Assembly: GCA_030167865.1 (NCBI GenBank)
Contig: JALAGF010005986.1
Span: 1-61,059, forward strand
Direction: 5' to 3'
Length of the DNA stretch: 61,059 nt
From: Craspedostauros australis
Lineage: Eukaryota
In this document: piece by piece, positions 12,457-23,724 of the stretch
Layout of the letters: each line of letters opens with the position of its first letter
Position numbering within the stretch: the first letter of the stretch is position 1
Program-made: the position numbers and the translations under genes
Notes under the pieces: generated by a model
The model's input: the letters and a program-made list of their open reading frames with translations, nothing else
Databases searched by the model: none
Told to the model about the DNA's origin: nothing

Positions 12457-13488
12457 ATGAGATCCAACACTCATTTGGCGTCAACACCAATGTGCTCGGC
12501 AAGGCCGATGCGATTGACAAGGATCGGGATGACGGTGGTTGCAACAGCAACCATGATGATGGCATCGCAAACGCGCACGGCCACGGCATTCACAGCACAA
12601 CCCGTCCTCAGTGGGATCCATTGTCGTAACCACCATTCCCAACCAACACCGACATCCACGCAACTGCGGGCCGAAAAGACCAAAGGCGTCTACGTGCGGC
12701 CATCGGGTGCCATTGAACGCGGCTCCGGATTCTTCGTGCCGGGCTTGGAAGGGTCGCGCGTGCGGTTGGCCTTCGGTGCCTTGCTTCTGATCCTGACCGG
12801 AGTCAACCACGCCTTGTCGAGCGTCGCGACGTGGACGTTACCGGAAGGCGTGGTGCTGGTCTACAGCCTGCTGGTCCTATTCCAGGCGCTGATCGAGTTC
12901 AGCAAGGAGACGAAGTTGGAGGCGGGCGACGCGGTGGTGGAGACTGCAGCAGCATCGCAATCAACTTCGGCGCAGCAGGACGCCACCGCCAATTCGAATG
13001 CGCTGGCACAGACGTGGTCATCCGATGCAGACGAGAGCATGCTGCGAGAAAAGGAAAAGATCCAATGGACCGCAGCAACGTACATCGCTCTGACGCCCGC
13101 AACCGAGATGCTGCTGCTATCATCACGTTCCGCAAAGAAGGATGGCGCAGCTACCTACGATGTCGTGTACCGCCTTGGTGGAACGCTCGACAGCAGGAAT
13201 GACGATGCCAGCATCCAGACGGGCATTCGGGCAGCATTCGAGGCGCTGTCCAAGTCCAAGAGCGGCCGCGTGGCTCTACCTGGCGACAGCCACCCCACGG
13301 CGTTGGCATTGATTACTGATGAATCGCATCGTCGCAGCGTTATCTTGCAGCGCGCCACCGTGCGTGACGATGTTGCTGAAGATGAGGGCGCCACACAGGA
13401 ATACTGTTGGTTGGTGAGCTCCGACCAACTGCTGGCCAAATACCGCAAGGAGGATCTGCGATGGCTGGGTCAGCTTGCGAAGTATTAG
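12457..13488 (+). CDS. CCB2/CCB4-like cytochrome b6 haem ci assembly factor, plastid-targeted
   Basis: Signal peptide ending TATA|F then a transit-like stretch; FFVPGLEG..RLAFGALLLILTGVNH plus a second TM; EKIQWTAATY and C-terminal YRKEDLRWLGQLA resemble the CCB2/CCB4 pattern. Start could be at a later ATG. Confidence 0.65.
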   Translation: MRSNTHLASTPMCSARPMRLTRIGMTVVATATMMMASQTRTATAFTAQPVLSGIHCRNHHSQPTPTSTQLRAEKTKGVYVRPSGAIERGSGFFVPGLEGSRVRLAFGALLLILTGVNHALSSVATWTLPEGVVLVYSLLVLFQALIEFSKETKLEAGDAVVETAAASQSTSAQQDATANSNALAQTWSSDADESMLREKEKIQWTAATYIALTPATEMLLLSSRSAKKDGAATYDVVYRLGGTLDSRNDDASIQTGIRAAFEALSKSKSGRVALPGDSHPTALALITDESHRRSVILQRATVRDDVAEDEGATQEYCWLVSSDQLLAKYRKEDLRWLGQLAKY

Positions 13489-14560
13489 AGTACAGCAGAG
13501 CGGGTCAGGGCGCGGTATTGGAACGAAGTAGATCTCTCTCTCTCTCTGTGTGTGGAGATCAGGTTCTTCGATCGGGAAAACACAAGTTGAGACGCAAACC
13601 TGTAGGTGAACTAACCAACAAACAACAACGCTCAATGTATAATACAATACAATGCGTATAACACTATACTATACTTGGGATGTTCCAATACTTCCACTTT
13701 GCTTGCCCTACCACACGCTGATAGGATTTCCCTGGGACGCTCTGCTGCGCACGCTGTCGCAACAGATGATGATTTCGGAAAGGGCACAACAAGACTACCT
13801 GTCTCTCTCTTGTTTCCACAGCCAGCCCATTCCCGTTGTTCTTTTTTCTTGCGCTCATTCACGAGCACCCGGATGACCCATCCGACTGAATATGGACCAG
13901 AATTGTGTGAGACTCCGACCATCGCTAATGTGGCGGGAGGTGGAGCATGTGTCCGTTGGTGAGCGTTGTGCAACATGTGTGAGCGACACACATGGAAATG
14001 CCCACGCTTGGCGCACAGCATTCATCAATTCGTCGAACGGCGAGATTTGTGAGGAAGGTGTGTTGGCACGCGAGGTGGAGGCGGCATCGCGTTCTGAGCG
14101 GAGGGCAAGACCGGAAGAGGTGAGGCCAAAGCCCAAACAAGCGGAGTTGGCCTTGAACTCAGGTGAAGAGCGTGAGAAGAAGGAGCAAGAAAGGAGAGGA
14201 GAGTTGACGACTGAGAATCCGTGTTCCTGTTGCCGCCACCACCTTCCGTTGTATTCTCGACAGAACCCTGCTCGTATCGAGCGCCATTGCCTCTGTTTCC
14301 TTTGCTATCCGGCTATCCGACTATACGACTATACCTCTCCCTTGCTATCTCCATCTCATGTCAAGGCGGCAAATCGTTGTCTTTGGATGAGAGTTGGGGT
14401 CAATGAATTTGTGGATGCGCACTGTGTTTGCAAATTCGAAACGCGAAGAGAGACAACCCACAAAGAGAGAACGGAAGCAAGATCGACCACGGTTGGCAGA
14501 GCGAGAAAAGACCGTGGATCGCTGTTCATTCGTTCAGACCATCTTGCTTTGCGCAGCAAG

Positions 14561-14594
14561 AAGCCATTGGTATTAAGCCATTGGTATTAAGCCA
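14561..14594. repeat. 14-bp tandem repeat (AAGCCATTGGTATT x2.4)
   Basis: aagccattggtatt-aagccattggtatt-aagcca read directly. Confidence 0.85.
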
Positions 14595-15903
14595 AGTGAG
14601 CATCTCATCTTTGTGAAGAATAGCAGAGTTGGAGTGGAGTTGGGATCTGCATCCATCCTGCTCTCCACTCCATGCTCACATCTTCACTTGGAGCAAGAAG
14701 GAGCAAGACGAAGGCAAGGTTGGAACAAAGCAACGCAAAAGGACACGGACAACAAGGTCGGCGTTGTGGCGCGCAAGGCAGGCACACACGCGCGTGGGCA
14801 CTTGGGTTTCTCATCCACACCACCCGCCATCGCGATTGCAGAGACGAATCGTGCCAATAGAGGACGAGTGCTCTCCAATACGCTGCCCTGCAATTGGTAG
14901 CGTGCTCCATCCACGGCAGCATCAGCAGAGTTCGTTCTGGCGGGTCTGCTTCTGCCATCACAACAATCTTGTGGGAATGGTGGTGGAGACGGTCGTGGAA
15001 ACGATTTCGCAGTCGCCTTTCATGGGACCGATGAACTCGGCAACAACATCAGCAATGACAGCGCCTGCTCGTCTCGAGACGGAGGATGGCACTGCGCAGA
15101 GAGCGACAGACACAAAATCGGGGACAAGTGGGGAAATCGACTGCTGTTTTGCGGATATGAGGATTGAGATGGACGGAACAAGTGCGGATCGTGTATCCCA
15201 GTATGCTCTTGCACCATCATCATCGTTAGCAGGAGCAGCAGGAGCAGCATCGTTCAATGATGAAACGGATGCGACATCCCAACAACAGCAGCCGCAGCAC
15301 CATCCGCAGCACCATCCGCAGCACATTGATGCGAGTCAGGCGATCGCTGTTGAACAAGGAGAGGCCATCACAAGATGTAACGGAAACGCCTCTCACCGAC
15401 GACAGGGGCAATACTCGAGCACAGCTCAAGTGCAGGCGCAAACAGAAACGCGAAGACGCCAAAGAGAGCTGCATCGCAACTGTCCAGAGAGCTCACAATG
15501 TCGGAGGTCGCCTCAGTGCACAGATGATGACCATTGCTGCGGAGGCTATCAGAAGACGCCTGCTTGGGCAGAAACGTTGATAACAGCATGCAGGATACGA
15601 GGACGATCCTCTCATCGTCTCTGCTGCCTTCACTTCACACAACAGAATCGGAGCCATCATCAACAGAAACATCAATCCACACAGGTTCATGACTTGAGGC
15701 AACAGCCCACGTGTCAATGCAAGCCGCAACAACAACAACAACAACATCTGCAAGACTATCATGCATCTCTCATTGAGGATCACCTAACTTGTACGAGTAT
15801 TGTGGCTGGCACCACCAAATCAGCCTTGAAGCAATGCGCGGACAACAGAAGCAACCGATCTTCCAAGATCAATTCAGATACGAAGACGAAGAAAATCACG
15901 ATC

Positions 15904-18684
15904 ATGCGGCTGGCAATGCCACTTCGATCCGTCTTTCTCTTGGCTCTCTTCTTCATCTGCACAGACACGACTCTGATCTCTGCTCGTCAGCTTGATTCCG
16001 AGTTACCGCTCTCCACCTCATCATCATCGAAAGCAACAGCGAGGGCAACAAAGTCAACATCAGCGGTGGAATATCGCTCCTCTCGTCTGCGTGCCACCAC
16101 ACTCCGTCGAGCGATGCTTGGCACAGATGATGCTCGTGCTGTTGCTGTCACTTCTGCACGCAAAGCAACAGAAACAAACTCGACTTCTGCCTCTTCGTCG
16201 TCCAACACAACCATGGCGCCCACGCAAGCACCCGTCCTGCCAAAAACGCCAGCGAACATCACGGTGGCACCCACCCTCGAGCCAACGCAATTCAACGCCA
16301 CCTACAGAGACAACAAGCGAACCACGCCAAACGCCACTGATCCGGACATTGACAGCGATGAGGATGATGACAATGGCAATAACACCGGCATCGAAGTTAC
16401 TACGGAAGCACCGACAGATCGAGTCTTTGAAGTTGTCACATTCGAGCCCACAACGTCACCCACGCAAGCGCCATCTTTCGCTCCAACCATCTCGCAGTCT
16501 CCATCTTCCACGCCGACGCAGGAGCCCAGCGTGGTTCCGTCGCAGTCGCTCATGCCATCGCAGAGGCCGTCCGTTTCGCACCAACCGACGCATTCCATGT
16601 CGCCCTCATCCCTTCCGAGCCCGCAGCCTTCTGTATTTCCCACGGGCTATCCGTCAGCCACGCCGTCCGTCGCGCCAACAGATATTCCATCCACTCAGCC
16701 CACGCATATCCCAACGGCGCTACCATCCGCGACGCCCACCCTCGCACCCTCCAGCCAACCATCGTCGGCCCCCACCCTCACCTTGATCACGGTCGTCGAG
16801 CCGCGCATCTTTCTCACCCTCGATGGACTTTTCGCAGGCATCGACACGGCGGAGGAGATCGCCCTCTTCGAGCAGCTCTTCAACCAGCTCATCAAGGAGT
16901 ACTACGACAATCTGGCGCGTGAGGTTCCGCAACTTGTGCCCGTCGCCATCGTTCACGTCGACACCTTGCTGAAACAGAAACGCTTTCTGCCCAAGGTGCA
17001 ACCGAGGAGTTCTGCTGTCAAGCGGGCGCCCACGTCGTCGTCCAACGACGGAGATCGGCGATTGCAGTTGCAACACGAAGCGGAGTTGCTTCCCTTGGAA
17101 CGAGGAACAGAGCGTGTTTTGCAATTTGGTGGAGTCAATGACACGAACACCACAGACGATGGACAGAACTCCACCAACACGTCATCACCAACGGCGCCTC
17201 CGACCCTTATACCATCAGCATTGCCCACAACGTCGCAGCCCACATCGAATCCGACGCAGATACCAACAGGCCTACCGACGTCGTTGCCAACCTCAATGCC
17301 ATCCATCCAACCAACATCCGCGCCAACTGTCACACCCACCGCCTTACCAACCGCCACACCAACCACCTTACCAACCGCCTTGCCCACGAATCAGCCAACT
17401 GCGCAGCCGACGGTGGAACCCACGAAGGAGATCGACAAATCCGTTTGGTTGCAACTGGAGTACCAGCAGACCATCGTATACTCGGTGCTGCCCGATCTCG
17501 ACGGTGTGCCCAACATGCAGTGGACGCCGGAGGAGCTCTTCACGTTCCCAATCCTCAAAAACGAACAGGAGATGCTCATTCGGTTGACGCAGCTCTTTGG
17601 ACGGGGAGAGTTTGTGCGTCTCGTGGACTTCCAAGTGGAGCACGCCCAACCACCGCCGTCGCCGGTCGGCACGACGGCACCGAACACCACGCCGACGGCT
17701 GCGCCCACCGCCACCGAAGTGCAGCAGCCCACGGTCCTCAACCCCAACACCGACAATGACAATCCGGGATCCGGTTCCAGCAGGATGTCACCCACGCTCG
17801 TGGCCATCATATCATCCGCCATCGTTATTGTGACGCTGTTCTTCGTGGCCGGTTTCCTGTTTTACAAGCTGAAGAAGGACGAGCGGCGTCTGGGCGCTTA
17901 CGACCCGGACGACAACCTCATGGTGCAGCAGGACGAGACCATGGAATTCGACAACACATCCGCCTTCCACAACCCGCACTTCCGACCCGACCGCGGCCAG
18001 CGCGAGGTCGCCGATGATGCCGAACCACCGAATGGACGGGATAAACCCGCCAACGGCAATAACACGCGCTGGAAGAACACCATCTTCAGTTCCAGCACGG
18101 CGCAGGTCCACAACGGCGCCTTCCCGCGACAGGAGCACACCGCCAAGTCCACACCCAAACGCAGCACGCATCTGCAAACCGTCGACGCCGTCGACAGCGC
18201 CCACCATCACAGCTACGCGAACGACATCCACAGCCGCACCATGAGCGCGGTGGCCAGCGACATCACGGGCATCTCCGACAAGGCGAGCTTCGACGATGAC
18301 GCCGCCGGCAGCGCCTGCGGTCCATCGTCCACGAGCCTGGCCTCGCCCAATGGCGGCACACCGCCCAACAGCCGCGACTTCAACCTCCACATGTACCCCA
18401 AGAACGACGCGTCGCCGCGCAATCGTCTGCCGCCGCTGTCGCCCGTCGCACCACCGTCGTCGTCCGTGTCGCCCGTGCACATTCCGGAGAACTTCGACAA
18501 CGAACTGAGCTCGTACCGATTCAACCGCTCGCCGCCGTCGTCCATGCGCAACACGCCGCAGCGCACGATGTCGCCGCCCACCGAGCTGAACTACGAGACG
18601 GAAGAAGATGGCTTCAGCGTGCCCGACGATGCCACGGATCCGTCGTTGTCGGGTTTCAATCTGAAGATTCAGCATTTGGAGTAA
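15904..18684 (+). CDS. mucin-like PT/PS-repeat type I membrane glycoprotein with diatom SEA-like domain
   Basis: Signal-like MRLAMPLRSVFLLALFFICTDTTLISA; two blocks of PTxx/PSxx tetrapeptides; many NxS/T sites; TM LVAIISSAIVIVTLFFVAGFLFY followed by KLKK; P/S-rich cytosolic tail. The frame is open from 14629, so the start may be further upstream (e.g. ATG 14977). Confidence 0.8.
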   Translation: MRLAMPLRSVFLLALFFICTDTTLISARQLDSELPLSTSSSSKATARATKSTSAVEYRSSRLRATTLRRAMLGTDDARAVAVTSARKATETNSTSASSSSNTTMAPTQAPVLPKTPANITVAPTLEPTQFNATYRDNKRTTPNATDPDIDSDEDDDNGNNTGIEVTTEAPTDRVFEVVTFEPTTSPTQAPSFAPTISQSPSSTPTQEPSVVPSQSLMPSQRPSVSHQPTHSMSPSSLPSPQPSVFPTGYPSATPSVAPTDIPSTQPTHIPTALPSATPTLAPSSQPSSAPTLTLITVVEPRIFLTLDGLFAGIDTAEEIALFEQLFNQLIKEYYDNLAREVPQLVPVAIVHVDTLLKQKRFLPKVQPRSSAVKRAPTSSSNDGDRRLQLQHEAELLPLERGTERVLQFGGVNDTNTTDDGQNSTNTSSPTAPPTLIPSALPTTSQPTSNPTQIPTGLPTSLPTSMPSIQPTSAPTVTPTALPTATPTTLPTALPTNQPTAQPTVEPTKEIDKSVWLQLEYQQTIVYSVLPDLDGVPNMQWTPEELFTFPILKNEQEMLIRLTQLFGRGEFVRLVDFQVEHAQPPPSPVGTTAPNTTPTAAPTATEVQQPTVLNPNTDNDNPGSGSSRMSPTLVAIISSAIVIVTLFFVAGFLFYKLKKDERRLGAYDPDDNLMVQQDETMEFDNTSAFHNPHFRPDRGQREVADDAEPPNGRDKPANGNNTRWKNTIFSSSTAQVHNGAFPRQEHTAKSTPKRSTHLQTVDAVDSAHHHSYANDIHSRTMSAVASDITGISDKASFDDDAAGSACGPSSTSLASPNGGTPPNSRDFNLHMYPKNDASPRNRLPPLSPVAPPSSSVSPVHIPENFDNELSSYRFNRSPPSSMRNTPQRTMSPPTELNYETEEDGFSVPDDATDPSLSGFNLKIQHLE

Positions 18685-19463
18685 TATACCGATTATAACA
18701 TATTATAGAATACGCTACTGAATTTGTGGGTATGGTGTTGATGCAGCCATCTGCACGATGCGAGGACGGTAGAGTAGAGTAGAGTAGAGCAGGGGCGTTA
18801 TGATGGTGTCGCTATGTGCTTCTAGCGTGCTCTGCGGGATTGTATTGAGTCACGTGAGTCCACGAATGAATCGATTGAGCAAAGAGGAAGAAAATCGTGT
18901 CAACGTGTGGAAACATGCGCTTTTGTGGAGGCAAAAAGAGAAAAGGAAAACCAGGGACAAAGACGAGAACCCACATGAACAACGCCGGCACTCGTGCATC
19001 AACACGAGCAGAGACAAACGAACAGAGACAACAACAAGAAGGCAGTTCCCACACGCAAAGGCCCCAAACCAGTCGACGGAGGAGAAGCGTGACAATACCG
19101 ATACTCTACTATACCGATACTCTACCATACCGATACAGACAGGGAGAGACAGAGAGAGAGCACTAGCAACAAAGAGAATACGAAGCCTTGTGTGTGATGC
19201 GCGCAACGACGCAAAGTCCATGGATGGATCGATACCATAATTGCAACTGTATTTGTGATTGGAGATAGCAGCAAAACAACGCGAGGACGACCATTCGCGG
19301 AGCCAAGCGGAGGAGGATACTCGCACAGTAGAGAGCGGAGGAGAATAGAGAAAGGAGCAATAGAGAGCCTTCCTCTTCCTCTTCTTCCTTTTCTTCCTGC
19401 TGCCTCTGTCACCTCTGCTGTCGCTTGCATCGCTCGCTGCCTCAAGGAACGGTAAAGAGCAAC

Positions 19464-22400
19464 ATGGCTTCCAGAAGGAGATCGTCCTTCAGCGACCATC
19501 TTCCCATGCCTTCCTCCTCCACCAAGGCGAATGCAAGCAAAGCCAGCAGGAACAACAGCAGCAGCGGAGTCAAAGGACAGAGGATGAATGGATCGACGGC
19601 AGCATCAGGGAGCACTAATACAAACGCAAACGCAAGCGCAAACAGAGAAGGAGGCTCGAGAACCCCGCTGCCTTTCCCTCCGCAGCCACCCTTGACTCCT
19701 TCCGAATTCTTCCATGGCATTGGCAGCAGCAGCAGCGTCACCCACAGCAACACGCAAGGCAATACTCACGGCAATACGCAAGGCAATAGCAACACCAACA
19801 CATCATCGCAGCTGCCAATGCATCCGCAGGCCCGGCCAATCGCCAACCTCACCACGCAGACCATCTACTCTGCCCCATCCTGGGCTCGACAACAGGCGCA
19901 GCGGAAGCGGCAGCAGCCCTCTGGCTTGGCTATACCCATGACATCCCTCACGTTGCCTGCTCAGCACAAAAAGGGACAGATAAATGCGAGTCCCAGTATG
20001 TATGCTCCTGACAAACCGATTGTCACGGACGCAACAGCAACAATTCCATCGGCAACCACACCTCCTGCCTCGGGCCTCAAATCGCCTTCTGCCAGAGCCA
20101 ACAATGCTGTCAATGGCAATGGCAATGGCAACTTCCTGGCTGCAAGTCCGGTCGCGCAATCGAATCGCAAATTTCGCGATCGAAGGAATCAGGACGGGAA
20201 CAAGCTCAGTCGTAATGGTGGTGGTAGTGTTGGTGGCAGTAGGCACAATGAAGGAACGCCGCAGCAGCGCAATCGCAGGTTCTCAAAGCATCCTGCGACA
20301 TCGACAACAGCAACAACAACAACAACAACAGCAGCATTGAATGGTCGCATAACACCGACCCAACCACTTGCAGCAGCAGTAGCAGCCTCATCTATGACGA
20401 ACGGACCCAAGGTGGAACTGCCGAACAACACCAAACGCCATCGACGGAACAACTCGCACGATCAATTCATGGAGATGCTTGCGACCGGTAGCAATCATTC
20501 CAACGACAACAACAGCAATAACAGCAACGCGAACAGCAACCTCCACAACAAGCTCCACAGCAGCGGACCCATACAATTCGACATGGCAGACACAAAGAAC
20601 ACCACCAAGGACAGATTCAGCAAGGCGGCCTTCGGTCTCAACATCAGCCATCACAGCGACAAGCAATATCAGCGGCGCGGTACCAGCCAGGCAGTGGACA
20701 GCATCAACTTCGACTTTCAGAGCTCCGCATCCTCCTTTGCCTTATCTCCCCTCGTCACGCCCAAGCCAGCCCTCTCGCTGGCGTCTCCCATACGGGATAG
20801 ACGCAACCAAAAGAAACGCAACCGAAGACCATCACATCGCAGCCAGCAACCACGGTCGTATGGACAGCGGAAACCGACGCAGGCAGTGCGGTCGTCCAAC
20901 CACAACAGTGGTGACAACAACTCGACCGTCTTGGATGGAAACGGGTTTGCCGATGTGCCTGCGACTGCCAGCAACAGCAAGCGCGCCGCGGTTTCAAACT
21001 CATTTACGGAAGCATCGAACAATCCCAAATCCGTCCCTCCCGGAAATCCTCCAGGTTGGGACCGTTGGAGCAGTCAAAGCGTGACCATGCGGGGTGCTTC
21101 CAATCCTAGCGGTCACCGCCATCACACGTCGCCTCTGCGTTCCAATTCGTGGGAGCTGGGGACCTTGCACACGACGAGCCAGCTGCAACCCGCGACAGTG
21201 CCCATCGTCGGTCTCGATCATCCTCTCTCACCCTCCAGCGATTTGGATTCGGATATTGAGATCGATTTTGATGGCGAAGAGGAAGATGAAGACGATGATA
21301 TCAACGACATGGAGCCGACCATCAGCGATCATTTTCGGTCCATGCATATATCCGTCGATCCGCAGCGTTCGCAGGATTTCTACGACATCGGTCTTGCCAT
21401 TGACACCAACGAAGATGATGACGTCAAGAGCTTTGCGAGCGACATCGATATGGACATTGATCTCAATGATGACAATAATGAGCAGGGTCCAGCTACCGTC
21501 ACCACGCCGCCGCTTCATCTCATGCCATCCAAATGGGATTCCATCGATCCGCCATCGTGGGACATCACAACACCACGTGCGGCCAATGTCATGTCGCCAC
21601 ATCTCGTTGACCGTCGCAAGGGCCGTTCCACGAACGCGCATTCCACCAACGTCCATATCAATCAGTCCAACACGCACAGCAACCACACCAGCAACAATGG
21701 CAGTAACATCTACCCATATCGCAAGACGGGAGCAAGCGCGAGCGTCTCCGCAACAGCGACGGCAACAACACCTACCTACGTGATTGACGATGGGCTCATC
21801 GACGACATCGAGTGTGGAAGCACCACAGCGCAATCCTTCGCGAGTCCCATCACGCACACTTTCGTATCGGGCCGTGCTCGCCGCAGACGAAGGCGTCACC
21901 AGCAGCAGCTGCAGCAGCAATCCAACGCCACCACGAGCAACTACTGGGCACCGCAGCACAACGAGTTCTACAAGAATTGTCTGAGACGCATGTCCTGTTT
22001 GAAACGCAGCATTTTCCCCACCACCAGCTTTCTGTGGCAGCTGCTCGTTCTGCTGGCCTTCGGATGTGGTATCCACCTGCACGCGTCACACCGCATCGCC
22101 ATCGCCCACGAGGAGCTGCATGCCACTCACGTCGAAAAAACGCAAATCCTGCAGCAGATGGAATGGATGAACCGCAAGTCGAAGGAGCAGCGGTTCAAGA
22201 AGGACTCGGCGTTAGATCCGCAGACGGACGGCAGGGCAGCGCAGATGCAGCTGCAATTTCAACTGCGGCAGCAGCAGGATGACGTCGAGCTGCGGCAGCA
22301 ACCGCATGATCCATCGGCGTTTGATTCCGTGTATGCGGCCTTGTTCGGTCCCGACGATGAGATGCCACCCACCACACCCGAGGAAGAAGCGCAGAAGTCG

Positions 22401-23297
22401 GATCTGATGCTGGCGGATGCGGAATTGTCGGCCATGAAGGCGTCGTCGGAAGCGTCGTTGCAGTTCGAACGCAACGAATTGTTGCAAGAAGTGGATTCCC
22501 TGCAATCTTCGTTGCGCGAATTCGCCAAGGAACGTATGGAGCAGGCCTTCGCCTCGGCCATGGCCAAAGGCATCGCGCCGCAGATCAAGTTCAAGGTCGC
22601 CAAGACGATGGATGACGGTCTCGGTGAACACGATGAAGAATTTGAGCTGCTGATTGAGCTTTCCTCGGGCGTGTATCCTTACACGACGTGGATGATTGTG
22701 CATCAGGTGCAGAATGAGCTGTGGGATGAGGCCGAAGTGACCTTGCCCATTGTGACGTCCAAGACCGCGGATGGTGGCATCCTCGATGACGGTATCGAAC
22801 CGCTGACCATGTACGATATCCAACCATCGCCCACCAAGTACGAACGCTTCGATGACTTCAAGATGCATTGGTTCGAACTGTCGGAGCCGGATCTGCAAGG
22901 TGTTAAGGAAACGGCGGACGGTCCTGTCGAAGAAGCGAAGCAGGGCGGCATTCGAGGCAAACCGAAGGCGCCACTGGACGCAAAGTCGAAAGAGCACGGC
23001 CAGCCCGATAGCACTATCTGGTCCGTGGGAATTCGTCGTCATCTCGTCCATCGTCAAGAACCGGATGACGCCAACGACGATGCCTCGCCTGATCCCACCT
23101 TCCCCGACATGATCAAGACGCTGCCCCACTTGTCCTTGCACAAGGATGGTTGCAAAAACACGCTGCGCAGGGACATGCTGGAGATTTGCTTTGGAGAGAT
23201 CGTCGTGGAAGATGACCTTCTTCTATCGCTGGCGCAAGTGGCAGAGACGCAACCCTCCAATCCCTTTGTCATTGTCGATGCCAGCATCGTGACATAA
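19464..23297 (+). CDS. type II membrane protein: disordered N-terminus, TM, coiled coil, degenerate cyclophilin-like C-terminal domain (paralog of 32677..34953)
   Basis: Continuous ORF of about 1,280 aa; TM FLWQLLVLLAFGCGIHL; coiled coil; C-terminal LIEL..YPYTTW..HQV..ELWDEA..WSVGI..ICFGEIV aligns by eye with the 32677 protein. Confidence 0.75.
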   Translation: MASRRRSSFSDHLPMPSSSTKANASKASRNNSSSGVKGQRMNGSTAASGSTNTNANASANREGGSRTPLPFPPQPPLTPSEFFHGIGSSSSVTHSNTQGNTHGNTQGNSNTNTSSQLPMHPQARPIANLTTQTIYSAPSWARQQAQRKRQQPSGLAIPMTSLTLPAQHKKGQINASPSMYAPDKPIVTDATATIPSATTPPASGLKSPSARANNAVNGNGNGNFLAASPVAQSNRKFRDRRNQDGNKLSRNGGGSVGGSRHNEGTPQQRNRRFSKHPATSTTATTTTTTAALNGRITPTQPLAAAVAASSMTNGPKVELPNNTKRHRRNNSHDQFMEMLATGSNHSNDNNSNNSNANSNLHNKLHSSGPIQFDMADTKNTTKDRFSKAAFGLNISHHSDKQYQRRGTSQAVDSINFDFQSSASSFALSPLVTPKPALSLASPIRDRRNQKKRNRRPSHRSQQPRSYGQRKPTQAVRSSNHNSGDNNSTVLDGNGFADVPATASNSKRAAVSNSFTEASNNPKSVPPGNPPGWDRWSSQSVTMRGASNPSGHRHHTSPLRSNSWELGTLHTTSQLQPATVPIVGLDHPLSPSSDLDSDIEIDFDGEEEDEDDDINDMEPTISDHFRSMHISVDPQRSQDFYDIGLAIDTNEDDDVKSFASDIDMDIDLNDDNNEQGPATVTTPPLHLMPSKWDSIDPPSWDITTPRAANVMSPHLVDRRKGRSTNAHSTNVHINQSNTHSNHTSNNGSNIYPYRKTGASASVSATATATTPTYVIDDGLIDDIECGSTTAQSFASPITHTFVSGRARRRRRRHQQQLQQQSNATTSNYWAPQHNEFYKNCLRRMSCLKRSIFPTTSFLWQLLVLLAFGCGIHLHASHRIAIAHEELHATHVEKTQILQQMEWMNRKSKEQRFKKDSALDPQTDGRAAQMQLQFQLRQQQDDVELRQQPHDPSAFDSVYAALFGPDDEMPPTTPEEEAQKSDLMLADAELSAMKASSEASLQFERNELLQEVDSLQSSLREFAKERMEQAFASAMAKGIAPQIKFKVAKTMDDGLGEHDEEFELLIELSSGVYPYTTWMIVHQVQNELWDEAEVTLPIVTSKTADGGILDDGIEPLTMYDIQPSPTKYERFDDFKMHWFELSEPDLQGVKETADGPVEEAKQGGIRGKPKAPLDAKSKEHGQPDSTIWSVGIRRHLVHRQEPDDANDDASPDPTFPDMIKTLPHLSLHKDGCKNTLRRDMLEICFGEIVVEDDLLLSLAQVAETQPSNPFVIVDASIVT

Positions 23298-23724
23298 TAT
23301 GAGCATGAGCCTGAGTATGGCGTGGAGGGGGAGATGGGCATGTTGAGTGACAGGCACAGAGTTAACATTGAATGGAAATAGGTTATGACATCTGCAACAA
23401 TAGGTACTCTTTTTGTGACTTGTATACCATAAGCAGAGTCAACTGTCATGTGTCTACGGGGCATACAGCTCTCAGCAACAGTGTAGACAACAAAGTGTTT
23501 GGGATGAGGCTACTCTGGACTTGCCCACTCGTGGCATGATGCTCTGCTCATTCATGATTGATTCGTGACCGAATCGACAATCAACGATTGCGTTGATTTC
23601 CTCACATCGTGCAAGTCCCTCACTCGTACGACTACTATATGATGTATCCACAATCACCAACACTTCCTGCCACCCGCTCCGCCATTCCATTCTGCCCAAG
23701 GAGAGCACCCATTCCAACCCTCCA

